Translations under genes and position numbers: made by a program
Shown: in pieces, positions 1 through 11,132 of the stretch
Numbering within the stretch: position 1 is the stretch's first letter
How the letters are laid out: each line of letters opens with the position of its first letter
Notes under the pieces: model-generated
The model's input: the letters and a program-made list of their open reading frames with translations, nothing else
Told to the model about the DNA's origin: nothing
Databases searched by the model: none
Source of the DNA: Octopus sinensis
Lineage: Eukaryota
DNA length: 32,073 nucleotides
Assembly (NCBI RefSeq): GCF_006345805.1
Contig: NW_021832660.1
Span: forward strand, 1-32,073
Direction of reading: 5' to 3'

Positions 1-155
1 GTAAACAGTAATATATTTCAGTTGAGTCTATAACAGTCCTTCTTCTCCTTCCAAAATGTTGGTGAGGAGAGATAAGATAGATTTTGAGGTGGCGAAGAAG
101 AGATTCAGAAATGAGAGACTACCACGTGAAATGCGTTTCTCTATTTAGTTACGTT

Positions 156-625
156 ACTTTTGCTGGTTTTGCTCATTAGACTGCGACCATGCTTGGGCAC
201 CGCCTTGAAAAAGTTTTAGTCGAGTGAACCGACCTCTGTACATACGTATTTTTAAAAACCTGGTACTTATTCTATCGGGCTGTTTTGTCGAACCGCTCGG
301 TTACGAGAACGTAAACATACCAATACCGGTTTTCAAGTGGTGGTGGTGGGCGGGACAGACACAGACACAAGGACAAACACACGCGCGCGCGCGCGCACAC
401 ACACACACACACAGACTCACACTAAACACACATACACACACATATACACGCATACACACATACGACGGGCGTCTTTCAGTTTCGTCTACCAAATCCACTC
501 ACAAGGTTTTGAACTTTCCGAAGCCATAGTAGATAACATTCGCCCAAGCTGCTACGCAGTGGGACTGAACCCGGAATCATGTGGTTGGGAAGCAAACTTC
601 TTACCACACAACCACAGCTGCGTCT
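156..625 (-). mobile_element. tRNA-derived SINE, 'family A' (tRNA-like head, internal microsatellite, conserved 3' body)
   Basis: The minus strand reads agacgcagctgtggttgtgtggtaagaagtttgcttcccaacc...gggttcagtcccactgcg (A/B-box-like head), then an internal (TG)n, then gatagaataagtaccagg. It is homologous to copies at 16712-17143 and 25209-25630. Confidence 0.8.
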
Positions 626-769
626 ACAATACATTACTTACAACAACTTACATTCTACGTTCAAATCCTGTTAGAATCTACCTTGAATTCCGTCCGTCTA
701 GGATTGTGAAAATAAGCACCTGCTACTCAGCGTGATTGACTTAACTATATTCTTTCCCGATAAAGTTAT

Positions 770-960
770 GACAACCGGTGTAAGTTTGTATACGTACCCG
801 TAACTTAACGGTTCGACAAAAGAGGTCGATAGAATAAGTATCAGACATTAAAAAAACTGAAGTACTTGGGTCGATTCCTTCGACTAAACTCTTCACGTCG
901 ATGCACCAGCATGACCGCAATTCAATAACTGAAGCAAGTAAAATATAGAAAAGAAGAATA
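770..960 (+). mobile_element. 3' half of a family A SINE
   Basis: Contains cgtaacttaacggttcg...gatagaataagta...gggtcgattccttcgactaaa...cagcatgaccgcaattcaataactgaagcaagtaaaa, which matches the 3' body of other family A copies. Confidence 0.7.
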
Positions 961-1532
961 TAGATGAGATGCAAACGTGATTTCTTTGAAATCTTCGGCA
1001 AAATCGTATCATATCGTTTTGATGGTCGGTTCAACGTCGACTCAGTAACAGTGGCTGCTTAATCCCAGGTCAGTTCAGAGTGAGAGTTCACATAATCAAA
1101 AGACATTCAAGTAGGGACCTAGAATATAGTTTACAAGGGTGTCCCTGGTATATGATTCGGAAACTTAAATAAGTTTGCCCAACATGTATTACATATGCCC
1201 AACATATAGATATGTTGGGCAAACTTATTTAAGTTTCCGAATCATATACCAGGGACACCCTTGTAAACTATATTCTAGGTCCCTACTTGAATGTCTTTTG
1301 GTTATGTGAACTCTCACTCTGAACTGACCTGGGATTAAGCAGCCACTGTTACTGAGTCGACGTTGAACCGACCATCAAAACGATATGATACGATTTTGCC
1401 GAAGATTTCAAAGAAATCACGTTTGCATCTCATCTATATTCTTCTTTTCTATATTTTACTTGCTTCAGTTATTGAATTGCGGTCATGCTGGTGCATCGAC
1501 TTGAAGAGTTTAGTCGAAGGAATCAACCCAAG
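865..1532. repeat. Long near-perfect inverted repeat (321-bp arms, 26-nt spacer)
   Basis: 865-1185 is the reverse complement of 1212-1532 with no indels and about 3 substitutions by eye. The ORF track shows mirror ORFs at 741-1034(-) and 1363-1548(+). Confidence 0.95.
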
Positions 1533-1814
1533 CTTGATGTTCTACTAGCGGACTGTCTACAAACACCTTATTTCAAATCGTAAACCTGTTTAAATTTTGC
1601 CATGGTGGCCATGTTGCATATTTCATTGAGTTAGCTTATAAGGATACTTTTATGATCGAAACAGAGAAAAGAAAAGAAAAAAAAAATGGAAGAAATTTTT
1701 TTTTGCTTATTTGAAAAGTTCCATTGTTCACGGTTTTAAAGTTTCTGTCCGATTACATATTCACAAAGCTTAGACCGTGGTCGTTCGTACAATGATATAC
1801 AATTTCTTTTCACG

Positions 1815-1887
1815 CACACATACATACATACATGGATACATACATATATGTATGTATGTGTATGTAGGATGTATGTATGAGTGTATG

Positions 1888-1919
<32 letters not shown>

Positions 1920-1989
1920 TACATAAATATATATACATTTATACGTGTATATATGTATGATATATATGTATGTATGTATTATATATATA

Positions 1990-2044
<55 letters not shown>

Positions 2045-2102
2045 ACATATATACATAAATATATATACATATATGTATATATGTATATATATATATATGT
2101 AT

Positions 2103-2168
<66 letters not shown>

Positions 2169-2310
2169 TACATAAATATATATACATTTAACGTGTATAT
2201 ATGTAGATATATTATGTAATATATATATATATATTATATATATTATATATATACACATATATATATATACACACATATAACACATAATATGCATATATGT
2301 ATATGGATAT
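1815..2310. repeat. Compound (TA)n/(TATG)n microsatellite
   Basis: Directly visible. Confidence 0.95.
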
Positions 2311-2584
2311 TAATTTAAAAAGTGGCAGTGCATATATTTACATACATATGTACATTCATATAACTTATGTGTGCGTGGGTGAAGGAGAAAGAGAAGGAGA
2401 GGGAGGGGGAGTTTATATGTGTGTGTGAGTATGTGTTTACATATATACATCTGTCTGTGCCGGCAGCATGGCTGTATATCTCTCTATTAAGTTGCGTTTG
2501 GTATTGTGTACGAAATTGTGTATTTGCGCACAGGAATACGCAAATACACGCAGACATGTATATTTACATTTGTGCGCGCGTGTT

Positions 2585-2634
<50 letters not shown>

Positions 2635-2848
2635 TGTGTGTGTGTATGTGTGTGTGTGCGTGTGTGCGCGTACTGATGTGTAATAAGTCTAATATTAACT
2701 ATGTATGAATTTATGTGTTTATATATGCACGTATTTATATGAGAAATATGGCTGCGTGAACTCTGCTGTTTGTTCGTGTATTCGCGTATTTCCGTGTCCA
2801 TTAAGTTAGTTTAGGTGTAACAGCTGTGTGTGTGTGTTTACGTGCGTG

Positions 2849-2884
<36 letters not shown>

Positions 2885-3105
2885 CATACACACATGTATT
2901 CATATGTGCTTTTCACATATGCTTGCATATTTGCTTAGACCAAGAATGCAAATATTAAAAGTTGGGTTCATTCTTGACAGCACACCGGCTCTTAACAATG
3001 GCAACGGTAGCTACAGCAGTATAATCAAATACAAGCAAAACCACCGCTGCCATCACAACCGCCGCCGCCACCACCAACGCCATAGCAACAACAATAACAA
3101 CTGTT

Positions 3106-3136
<31 letters not shown>

Positions 3137-3674
3137 CCGCAACAAATTTTCTGGCGTCATTATCAATAAGCACAAACCCAATATTGTTCAGAACTGGTGC
3201 AGGCAGATGAAAATAAAGAAATTCTAGGCAAAGCTCTTCAAATCCAAATGCAAATATGTTTAAGCCTCTCAACAAAAAGAGTTCAGATGTAGATAAGGGA
3301 GATAATTATCATTACTGCCACTGATGCTATAACCACGAACTCTCTAATAATCGGTGTATATGTATATGTACTTATATGTGTGTAATATATTATATATATA
3401 TACACATATTCAAATGAATGTGGGAGTATTGCTTCACGTTTGAAAGTCGTGTTTACTGTGTATATTCTTTTATTTATTTCACTGGTTTCAGTTACTAGAC
3501 TGCGGCCATGCTGTAACACCACCTTCAAGCGTCTACGCGGACAGAATATATGCTTGTATATAGCAGAAACAATTGCTGTTTATACATAGCAAACAAAGTT
3601 GATGCCAAACGCATTTGATCTCACAGATGGTATATAAACTTTGTTCAAACATATAAGCAGATCATAATGTATCT

Positions 3675-3915
3675 TTCTTTCTATTCATCATCTGGTCAAG
3701 CTTGCTCGGACAATAATAAACGACTCACGCTATTCGTCTCGGCCCTGCATTAATTGACAGAGGTCTTCGGGGAGGCATCTGGTGTCTCTGATGAGTTGAT
3801 CTGCATACTACGGCCATGCTTTGGCATCCGTAGCAGTAAGTCACTTACCAGCTCTTGTTTAGGTCGCTAGTAATACCCCGCAAAGTGTAAGCGCCTTTCC
3901 TTTACAATAGTGATC
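3675..3915 (-). pseudogene. Degenerate 3' end of an RTE/RTE-X-like non-LTR retrotransposon
   Basis: Manual minus-strand translation with frameshifts and stops gives ITIVKERRLHFAG..RPKQELVSDLLLRMPKHGR...YADQLIRDTRCLPEDLCQLMQGRDE*RESFIIVRASLTR**. This resembles the RRLRFAGH...DR..WR C-terminus of RTE-group ORFs. Confidence 0.7.
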
Positions 3916-4109
3916 ACCATACAACTGCTTCCTCCCTAAACAAGTCCTAATTTCATCAGAAGTAATCATTTCAAGGCCATCAGTTCATAACAATGCGAAA
4001 ATCGATGACATCGACCTAAATAGTTAACTTTAATAGGTTTCGGCCAGTATAGGTACAGGCCATGTCTAACTCAACAGCACCACGTTGACTTTTATTAAAA
4101 AAATATTTT

Positions 4110-4265
4110 TTGACTTATTTCAGTTATTTGACCTGCGGCCATGCTGAAGCACCGCATTTAGTCGAACGAATCTACCTCGGGACTTATTCTTTGTAAGCCT
4201 ACTACTAATACTACCTTCCCCTTTTGCCGAACCGCTAAGTTACGGGACGTAAACACACCAACATC
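4110..4265 (-). mobile_element. Family A SINE 3' fragment
   Basis: ctgcggccatgctgaagcaccgc...tttagtcgaa...ttttgccgaaccgctaagttacggg is the reverse complement of the family A 3' body. Confidence 0.7.
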
Positions 4266-4549
4266 AGTTCTATATTTAAAAATAGGGTCGGGGGCGCTGA
4301 GGGTATTATGTAACTATGAGGGGGCCCAAAAAGTTTGAGAACCTCTGATCTAGGGGATCTCATTAATTGTGATCTTTGTCTTTTAAGCTGAGAGCCTACA
4401 CAAATATATCACATATATATGCGCGCACGCTCATACACTCACACACGCACCCACACAAACCCCCTACACACACTCACATGCAGACACACACATACACATG
4501 CACACATACATACGCACCCATATACACAACCCTCCCACACGCACACACA

Positions 4550-4810
4550 TGTTTGTTCCTTCTCGAGCCACGCCTGGCTCATAAGGGCCGGTTACCCGGT
4601 TTCCTTAGCGTATAGGTTCCCCACCTGGACGAGACGCCGGTCCGTCGCAGGTGAGCCGCAAGATGTAGGAGGAAAGAATGAGAGAAAGTTGTGGTGAAAG
4701 AGTCAGCAGAAGTTCGCCATTACCTTCTGCCAGACCCGCGTGGAGCTTAGGTGTTTCGCTCATAAACTCACACATCGCCCGGTCTGAGATTCGAACCCGC
4801 GATCCCTCCG
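4550..4810 (-). mobile_element. tRNA-derived SINE, 'family C' (head truncated)
   Basis: The minus strand has a B box (gggttcgaatctc) and gagcgaaacacctaagctccacg...ctctttcaccacaacttt, homologous to 31095-31262. Confidence 0.7.
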
Positions 4811-4824
4811 CACACACACACGCA

Positions 4825-4870
<46 letters not shown>

Positions 4871-5164
4871 TCACACACAGACACACACATACACACTCGC
4901 AAATACACACACACACACTATCTCTGACTCACTTTCAGACACATCAATGTTTTTATGCCAAGTCATATATATAAACAATTTAACACTAAACTGGAGGGTC
5001 TTATACTTTTAGGAAGAGTGCATACTTGATAATTTTTACGGGGAAGTTTGATAGTGACTTCGAAATTTCTGCTTGTTTTGCCGTCATCGATAAAATTGCT
5101 TAAGGCGGTGCTCCAGCATAGCCAATGGCTTGAAAACTGTTACATGCAGAAACACGAAATAAAA

Positions 5165-5200
5165 TGTGTGTGATTGTATTTGTGAGTGTGTTTACTAGTA

Positions 5201-5243
<43 letters not shown>

Positions 5244-5759
5244 GTATGCTGTGAGTGAGTGTGTTTGAGTATGTGTGTGTGAGTGTGTGTGAGTGAGTGT
5301 GTTTGAGTGGGAATTAGTGCGTGAGTGTGTGTTTGTGCGAGTGAGTGTCTGTGTGTGTCAATGAATGTGTTTGTGTGTGTGTATGAGTGAGTGTTTTGTG
5401 TGTGAGTGAGTGTATTGTGTGTGAGGGTTTTGTTTGTGCGTGTTGTGTGTGTGTGTGTGTGTGTGTTTGAGTGTGTGTGTTTGAGTGTGTGTGAGTGTGA
5501 TTGTGCGTAAGTGAGTGTGTTTCTGTGTGCATGTGTGTTTCTGTGTGTGAGAGTGAGTGTGTGTGTGTGTTTGAGAGTATGTTTGTGAGTGTGGTTGAAT
5601 ATGTGTGTGTGAGTATGTTTGTGTGTGAGTGAGTGTTTGAGTGGGAGTTAGTGTATGTGTATGTGAGTGTGTATTTGTGAGTGAGGGTATGTGAATGTGT
5701 TTGTACGTGAGTGAGTGTGTTTGTCTGTGTGTTTGTGTGTGTATGAGAGAGAGTGGGCG

Positions 5760-5797
<38 letters not shown>

Positions 5798-5872
5798 AGT
5801 GTATGTGTGCATGTGTATATGCGCGTGCGTGTATGTTTGTGTGTGTAGGTGTGTATGTGTGTGTTTGTGTGT
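5165..5872. repeat. Degenerate (TG)n/(TGAG)n low-complexity tract
   Basis: Directly visible. Confidence 0.95.
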
Positions 5873-6160
5873 ACCGTGAGAGAAATGGCGAGAAATCGGG
5901 AGATAAAGCATGTAAATAACAGAAACAAGACTCAAAGATTGTATGGCTGCCATCTTAAACAGAACTGATTGATTAGTTGTTCAGATATAACAGCTGAAAC
6001 GAGAAAACTAAACACTGGTTTATTTTGACCCTGCTTCCTGTTTGCTTAACTCTTCATTCTTGACTATTTGCACATCCTCCTTTAGTCTCTCCGTCCCTTT
6101 CTTTTTTTTTTTTTTCATTTGTGTATCCCTGACTACTCTTTTTTCTTTCTTTCTTCCTTC

Positions 6161-6216
<56 letters not shown>

Positions 6217-6718
6217 ATTCTTCGTTAAACATATCTCTCGTATCCTTTAATCGATTAATTCTTTCATCACTAATTAACTATCCTTTTTAAACACGTTCGT
6301 CACAAGGCTTTTGACACCTCTCATTTGAAAGGTTCAGTTTTTTTTTTATTTCCTATTTGCTCAGCTCTCACTTTCCTTCGAAAAAAAAAAAAAAAGAACC
6401 CAACAACAATAAAATTGCACAAAATCTATTTCTCAATAATTAGTTAAGCTTATCTACACTTAAATAAATTCACAGTTAGATACTAACAATTTTTTAAAGC
6501 AATGATATGAACCCAAAGATGAATATTAACTTGTGTTAAATGGCGATACGACGAATAAGAATCTTAACATATTAACTTAATTCATTGAATAAAGATATCG
6601 CAAATGAAAACCTAATGGCGAGTATTAACATGTTTTATTAACCAGGAATATGACAAATGATGAGAACAAAGATATTAACATAATTTATGAATACAGATAT
6701 TGCAAATGACAACCTTAT

Positions 6719-6860
6719 CGCAGGCGTAGCTATGTGGTAATAAGTTTGCTTCACAACCATAAGGTTTCTGGTACAATCTCACCGCGTCTTCTGCTACAGC
6801 CACGTGTTGACCAAAGCCTCGTGAGTGGATTTTGGTAAACGGAAACTGAAAGAAGCCGTC
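6719..6860 (+). mobile_element. Family A SINE 5' half (interrupted by PLE insertions)
   Basis: cgcaggcgtagctatgtggtaataagtttgcttcacaacc...gtgagtggattttggtaaacggaaactgaaagaagccgtc matches the head of the 16712 copy up to its internal microsatellite. Confidence 0.8.
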
Positions 6861-6895
<35 letters not shown>

Positions 6896-7149
6896 TGTAT
6901 GTATGTATGTATGTATGTATGTATGTATGTATGTATATACATATATATATATATATAATGTGTGTATATATATATATATATATATAGTAATGTTTATATG
7001 CCAACAGAGCATGGCAGTCTTATATAGGACGGTGTTACTGTTGTTATAGCCCCAGGAAAGCATATTTTCCAGTTGGCTATCGACACACAGCCTGTGCCCT
7101 TATAGCATTTCCAAGGGAGCTCATTGCCCCATCTCTAGCCTTATGTGAT

Positions 7150-7195
7150 ACTCACATACCTAGGTTTCTGGGTGTTATCCATCCTCAGTGCGAGT
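7150..7195 (-). ncRNA. Minimal type I hammerhead ribozyme
   Basis: Minus strand: ACUCGCA-CUGAGGA-UGG(AUAACAC)CCA-GAAAC-CUAG-GUA-UGUGAGU. It has a 7-bp helix I (one G-U), CUGANGA and GAAA cores, a GUA cleavage triplet and a palindromic ACCUAGGU helix III. Confidence 0.8.
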
Positions 7196-7347
7196 TAACC
7201 ACAAGCTATACGTATATATATAAATGTAATATGTGACAATTAAATTACTCTATTTACATAATATTGAGGTCTCTTTCATTCTTTTGTTGTTTTACCATTT
7301 TTATCAATATATATATATATATTATATATATATATAATATATATATA

Positions 7348-7395
<48 letters not shown>

Positions 7396-7397
7396 CG

Positions 7398-8749
7398 TTG
7401 CTCCTAAGGGCATTGGACTTCGCCAAGCAGTATGTCAACATCGATAGCTCGGAAATTGATATTATTATGCATGCGAGGAAATCGCTTCTTTTTTTCGAGG
7501 ATTCCACCTGGATTAAGAAGACTGAGGATTCTCTTTTCGATGTACCGATGGGGGCATACGACGGGCCTGAGTTATGTATGCTCATAGGAGCCTTTATTCT
7601 CCATAATCTAAAAATAGAATTCCCATTTATAGATGCAGGTTTATATAGGGATGACGGCCTTATAGCCACGCATAATCTAAACGGCCATGAATCAGATAGA
7701 CTTAGGAAGGACCTTATTGCTTTCTTTCAAAGGATGGGCTTACGGGTTACAATAGATGCTAACCTGAATAGTGTAGATTTTTTAGACGTAAATTTTAATG
7801 TAAGGTCGGATAGATTTAAACCTTTCCGTAAGCCCAATGAAAAGCTATCGTATATTAGCGAAGATTCGAACCATCCACTAGTTATCCTTAGGAACTTAGT
7901 CAGCAATGTAGGTAAAAGAATATCTTCAATTTCTTCGGACGAGGCAGCATTCCATAATGCTGCACCTTATTACGATAGCGCATTAAAGAATAGTGGATTC
8001 TCTGAGAAGATCCAGTTCAACCAGCTTAATGCTGGTAATAATGCTGCACGAAGAACTAGGACCAGGAAAGTTTTGTGGTTCAACCCGGCTTTCAATTTGG
8101 CCGTAAAGACTAATATAGGTAAGGAATTTTTGAGATTAGTCTCTAAGCATTTTAAGCGGGTCATAAATTCTATAGGATATTTAATAGAAGAACCCTGAAG
8201 GTTAGCTATTCTTGTTGCAGAAATTTCGCCTCTTACATTAGCCAGCATAATAGGAATCTGATTGAGATTAGACATGGTGCCGAGCCCATTAAGAAATGCA
8301 ATTTCAAAAACGAAAACTCCTGTCCGTTAGAAGGGAAATGTCTAGTGAAAGGAGTAGTTTATAGAGCCAATGTGCAAATAGAAGGCTCATCGGAATACAA
8401 GACATACACAGGGGCTTCAGAAAATTCATTTAAAACACGATTTTATTCACATAAAAATTCATTTAAATACCCAGAGAATAGGAAGAGGACCAGCCTAGCA
8501 AAATATGTCTGGGAACTAAAAGAAAAGGAAACCCCACCTTTCAACGTGACATGGAGTATTCTGGACAGAGCGGCACCATACTGGCATGGAGCACACAGAA
8601 CTAATTTTAAATGCAAGCTTTGCCTATTAGAAAAACTGTACGTTTTATTCAAAGACAATAATTCTTTGAATCAAAGAAGTGAGCTAATGAACTTATGTAG
8701 ACACGCAACCAAATTTAAAATGTCAAATATAAATATACCATTTGGATAG
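7398..8749 (+). pseudogene. PLE reverse transcriptase-GIY-YIG endonuclease polyprotein, N-terminally truncated, single frameshift at ~8160
   Basis: RT motifs FDVPMGAYDGPELC, GLYRDDGL, VDFLDV, FRKPN, SNHP and linker RKVLWFNP..VKTNIGKEFL. Restoring one base at aagcgggtcat gives HKFYRIFNRRTLKVSYSCC...CNF..SCPLEGKCL, in frame with ORF 8345-8749 (VVYRA...YTGASENSFKTRF..H, CKLCLLEK, LNQRSEL..CRH). Confidence 0.92.
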
Positions 8750-9884
8750 AGTATATATTTTGTATTTTTGATTTTTGAAATTTTGATTTTGACTCTTGAA
8801 CTAGTATGTAAACGCGACGATGGATTTGTTTCGCGCTATGTAGATTTCATTCCGTATAGCAAAGTCTTATATTTCTACATATACATTAGGAAAAACCTTC
8901 GGCTTTGTTTATTTCATCTTATTGTATTGTATAGGATTACCTTGATTTTTAATTTATAGATGATCCAAAATAGGGTGTTATATTTTATATGTCTTTCGTA
9001 TATTTTTCATTATTGCACTCACCTTTTTTTAAAAAGCAATGTTGTCAATTTTGATATAAATATGTGTATAGCCATGGATATGTATTTGTAAGCATGCGTA
9101 TCTGTGTATGTGTAAGTGAGCGTATGTTTGTGCTTAAGCACACACATACACGACTGTATGTGTATGTATCCATTCGAACTTGTGTATTTGTATACTTGTC
9201 TCCATATATGTCAATAACGCGGTTACACAGCTTGTTACATAATTTTTCTTATTTCGTTTTTTTCCCCACCCCTCCTTTTTCTTTTTTTCTTCCCCTTCTT
9301 CGTTCCTTTTTCTCTCTCTTCCTTTCTTTTGTTTTTTTTCTCTAACTGATACTGATACAACTTTACGTCCCCCTTACTTAAGCTTTACTCAGTAAATGAG
9401 AAACGCTACATCGATGATTTTAACTTGCGTGCGAGATAGATTGCGTACATATATGTATGCATGCATTTATGTGTATATTTTAGATTTATGTGTATATTTT
9501 AGATTTATATTTATACGTCTGTATATGTATGGCGTTTGCACGCATCCTTCTGTGTATGTTGATATATATATGTACACTTTAATATGAATATGTATTGCAG
9601 TGTAATATTTATAATAAGTTTTAATTTCTATGCATTAATTATATTTTCTTCATTAACGTCAATATGTATTTTATTCAATGTAAGGTTTTTTCCTCGAATT
9701 TTATAATTTTTATAATTTTTATAATTTTTTTTATATATATATGCATATATTTTTGAGCTCTTTTTTTGTTTATCGCTCGAAGATTGACCGTTATTTCTAA
9801 AGGGCCAATCAAACAAGTCCATTTTTTTTAAAGGTGTAGCGTTTGTAAGAGTCTGGATTGAATTGATATATCGGTTCCATTCTA

Positions 9885-9936
9885 GCAAAAACTGTCTGAT
9901 GAACGGCAACGAGAAACTCAGAGTAACAGATTTTGT
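9885..9936 (+). ncRNA. Minimal type I hammerhead ribozyme in the PLE 3' region (pLTR); helix II weakened
   Basis: GCAAAAACUGU-CUGAUGA-ACG(GCAA)CGA-GAAAC-UCAGA-GUA-ACAGAUUUUGU. Helix I pairs at 10 of 11 positions; cores are at 9896-9902 and 9913-9917, GUA at 9923-9925. Confidence 0.75.
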
Positions 9937-9989
9937 TGAATTTTCTGCTGCTTTAAATAAAGTATATATTGTATATATATATATAATAT

Positions 9990-10021
<32 letters not shown>

Positions 10022-10071
10022 CAAATATATGTGTGTGTGGTGTGTGTGTGTATGTATGTATATATATATAT

Positions 10072-10290
10072 GTCCTTGTTTCTGTGCTTGTCCCCCGACC
10101 ACCGATTGACAACTGATGTTGGTGTGTTTATGCTCCCGTAAGATTAGTAGTTCGGCAAAAGAGCCCGATAGAATAAGTACCAAGCTTTAGAAAAAGTACG
10201 GGGGTCGATTCATTCGACTAAAATTCTCCAAGATGATGCCCCAGCATAACTGCAGTCTAATATTTGGAACAAGTAAAAGAAAAAAAGATA
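10072..10290 (+). mobile_element. Family A SINE 3' half
   Basis: cttgtccccc...ttgacaactgatgttggtgtgtttatg...gatagaataagtacc...ggggtcgattcattcgactaaaa...ccccagcat matches the part of family A after the microsatellite. Confidence 0.8.
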
Positions 10291-10327
10291 TGAGATACAA
10301 AAGATAATTTAATCAAGCTAATATATA

Positions 10328-10408
10328 TAGCAATCCCTCGACTATCCTGGGTGTTACGTTCCAAAAACTCTTGCGATAGGTGAACCGCGATATAGCGAGG
10401 GATTACTG
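10328..10408. mobile_element. Tiny Tigger/pogo-like MITE (~81 bp)
   Basis: Imperfect TIRs tagcaatccctcg... and ...cgagggattactg, flanked by TA on both sides. Confidence 0.55.
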
Positions 10409-10739
10409 TATTAATTGAGAATCCAAAGGTTTCGTTTACGGCAGCACGACAATGTTAATAATGATTTCTTCTGAATGATCTGTTGCCGACATCTGGGCAT
10501 TTGCATTCTCAATAATCATCACTATGATCGGGTATATTGGCTAATACTGTCCGGAGTACATTATTCCAGAAAGTCCAGCCTCTTGACTTGGAACAAGCTG
10601 TCGATCCGGTGAACTGTAAGAGAAATAACAGAAGGGCCCAAATTGAAATGGAAGCTTTTACCTCGGCACTCAGGATTGCCCTGGCCTAATCTCGGCAGAT
10701 ATAGGACTCTTGATACAGTAAGAAAATAAAGACAGATTA

Positions 10740-11132
10740 GATTCAGTCCTATGTAGAGAACGGGTAATTTGAGATGCTTCAATGATGCTTTGAGAACTGG
10801 CTACGGTCCACAGACCTCTAGTTCATCTCTGGTGCTAAGCACAGACGAGGTCGCAAACTTAACGGACAAAAAGACGACGCTTAAAAAACGGTGGAGAGCA
10901 TTTACACAGTCTTCTGAACGAGCACTTTACTGTCAATAAGTCAACAGTAGTTCGTTTGACACAGGTGACTCATGTTACTCTCTGAGGACGGAGTCAGTCA
11001 GGCCCTGGGTGCCTTTAGACCTAACACCATTCTAATCGGGTTCTTCAAGATCAGTGACCCATGTCTTATCTTATGCCTCTCAAACTTCTTTCACTGACAA
11101 CAAAAGCAGGAGGTAATTCCACCTGAGTAGGA
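10740..11132 (+). pseudogene. Degenerate RTE-clade LINE fragment (endonuclease-RT linker)
   Basis: Manual translation gives FNDALRTGYGPQTSSSSLVLSTDEVANLTDKKTTLKKRW...GFFKISDPCLILCLSNFFH*QQKQEVIPPE. This resembles the RTE linker (FYDALK.VYGP...LLS.DG..LTDK..IL.RW...E.IP.E). Confidence 0.65.

Larger units (their letters stand above)
7395..9965 (+). mobile_element. Penelope-like element (Naiad-like), 5'-truncated, flanked by (TA)n
   Basis: RT plus GIY-YIG coding region, then a ~1.2-kb AT-rich 3' region ending in a sense HHR, with (TA)n on both sides. Including all of 8750-9880 in the element is inferred. Confidence 0.8.

Noticed and set aside
741-1548. Paired ORFs MNRPSKRYDTILPK... as duplicated genes
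   Set aside because: They are mirror products of the inverted repeat, overlap a SINE tail and show no recognisable protein motifs.
2826-3275. Asn/His-rich ORF as a host exon
   Set aside because: It is driven by (CAA)n/(CCG)n repeats and has no recognisable domain. A small exon cannot be excluded without RNA data.
3788-3960. CTGATGA motifs at ~3788 (+) and ~3953 (-), also ~12905, ~15577 and ~16368
   Set aside because: None has an accompanying helix II-GAAA-helix I arrangement.
8196-8198. TGA ending ORF 7398-8198 read as selenocysteine (some Naiad PLEs are selenoproteins)
   Set aside because: The TGA is out of the conserved frame after the ~8160 frameshift. In the corrected frame the conserved Cys positions use TGT/TGC (one is TTC) and there is no in-frame TGA. 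I saw no convincing SECIS.
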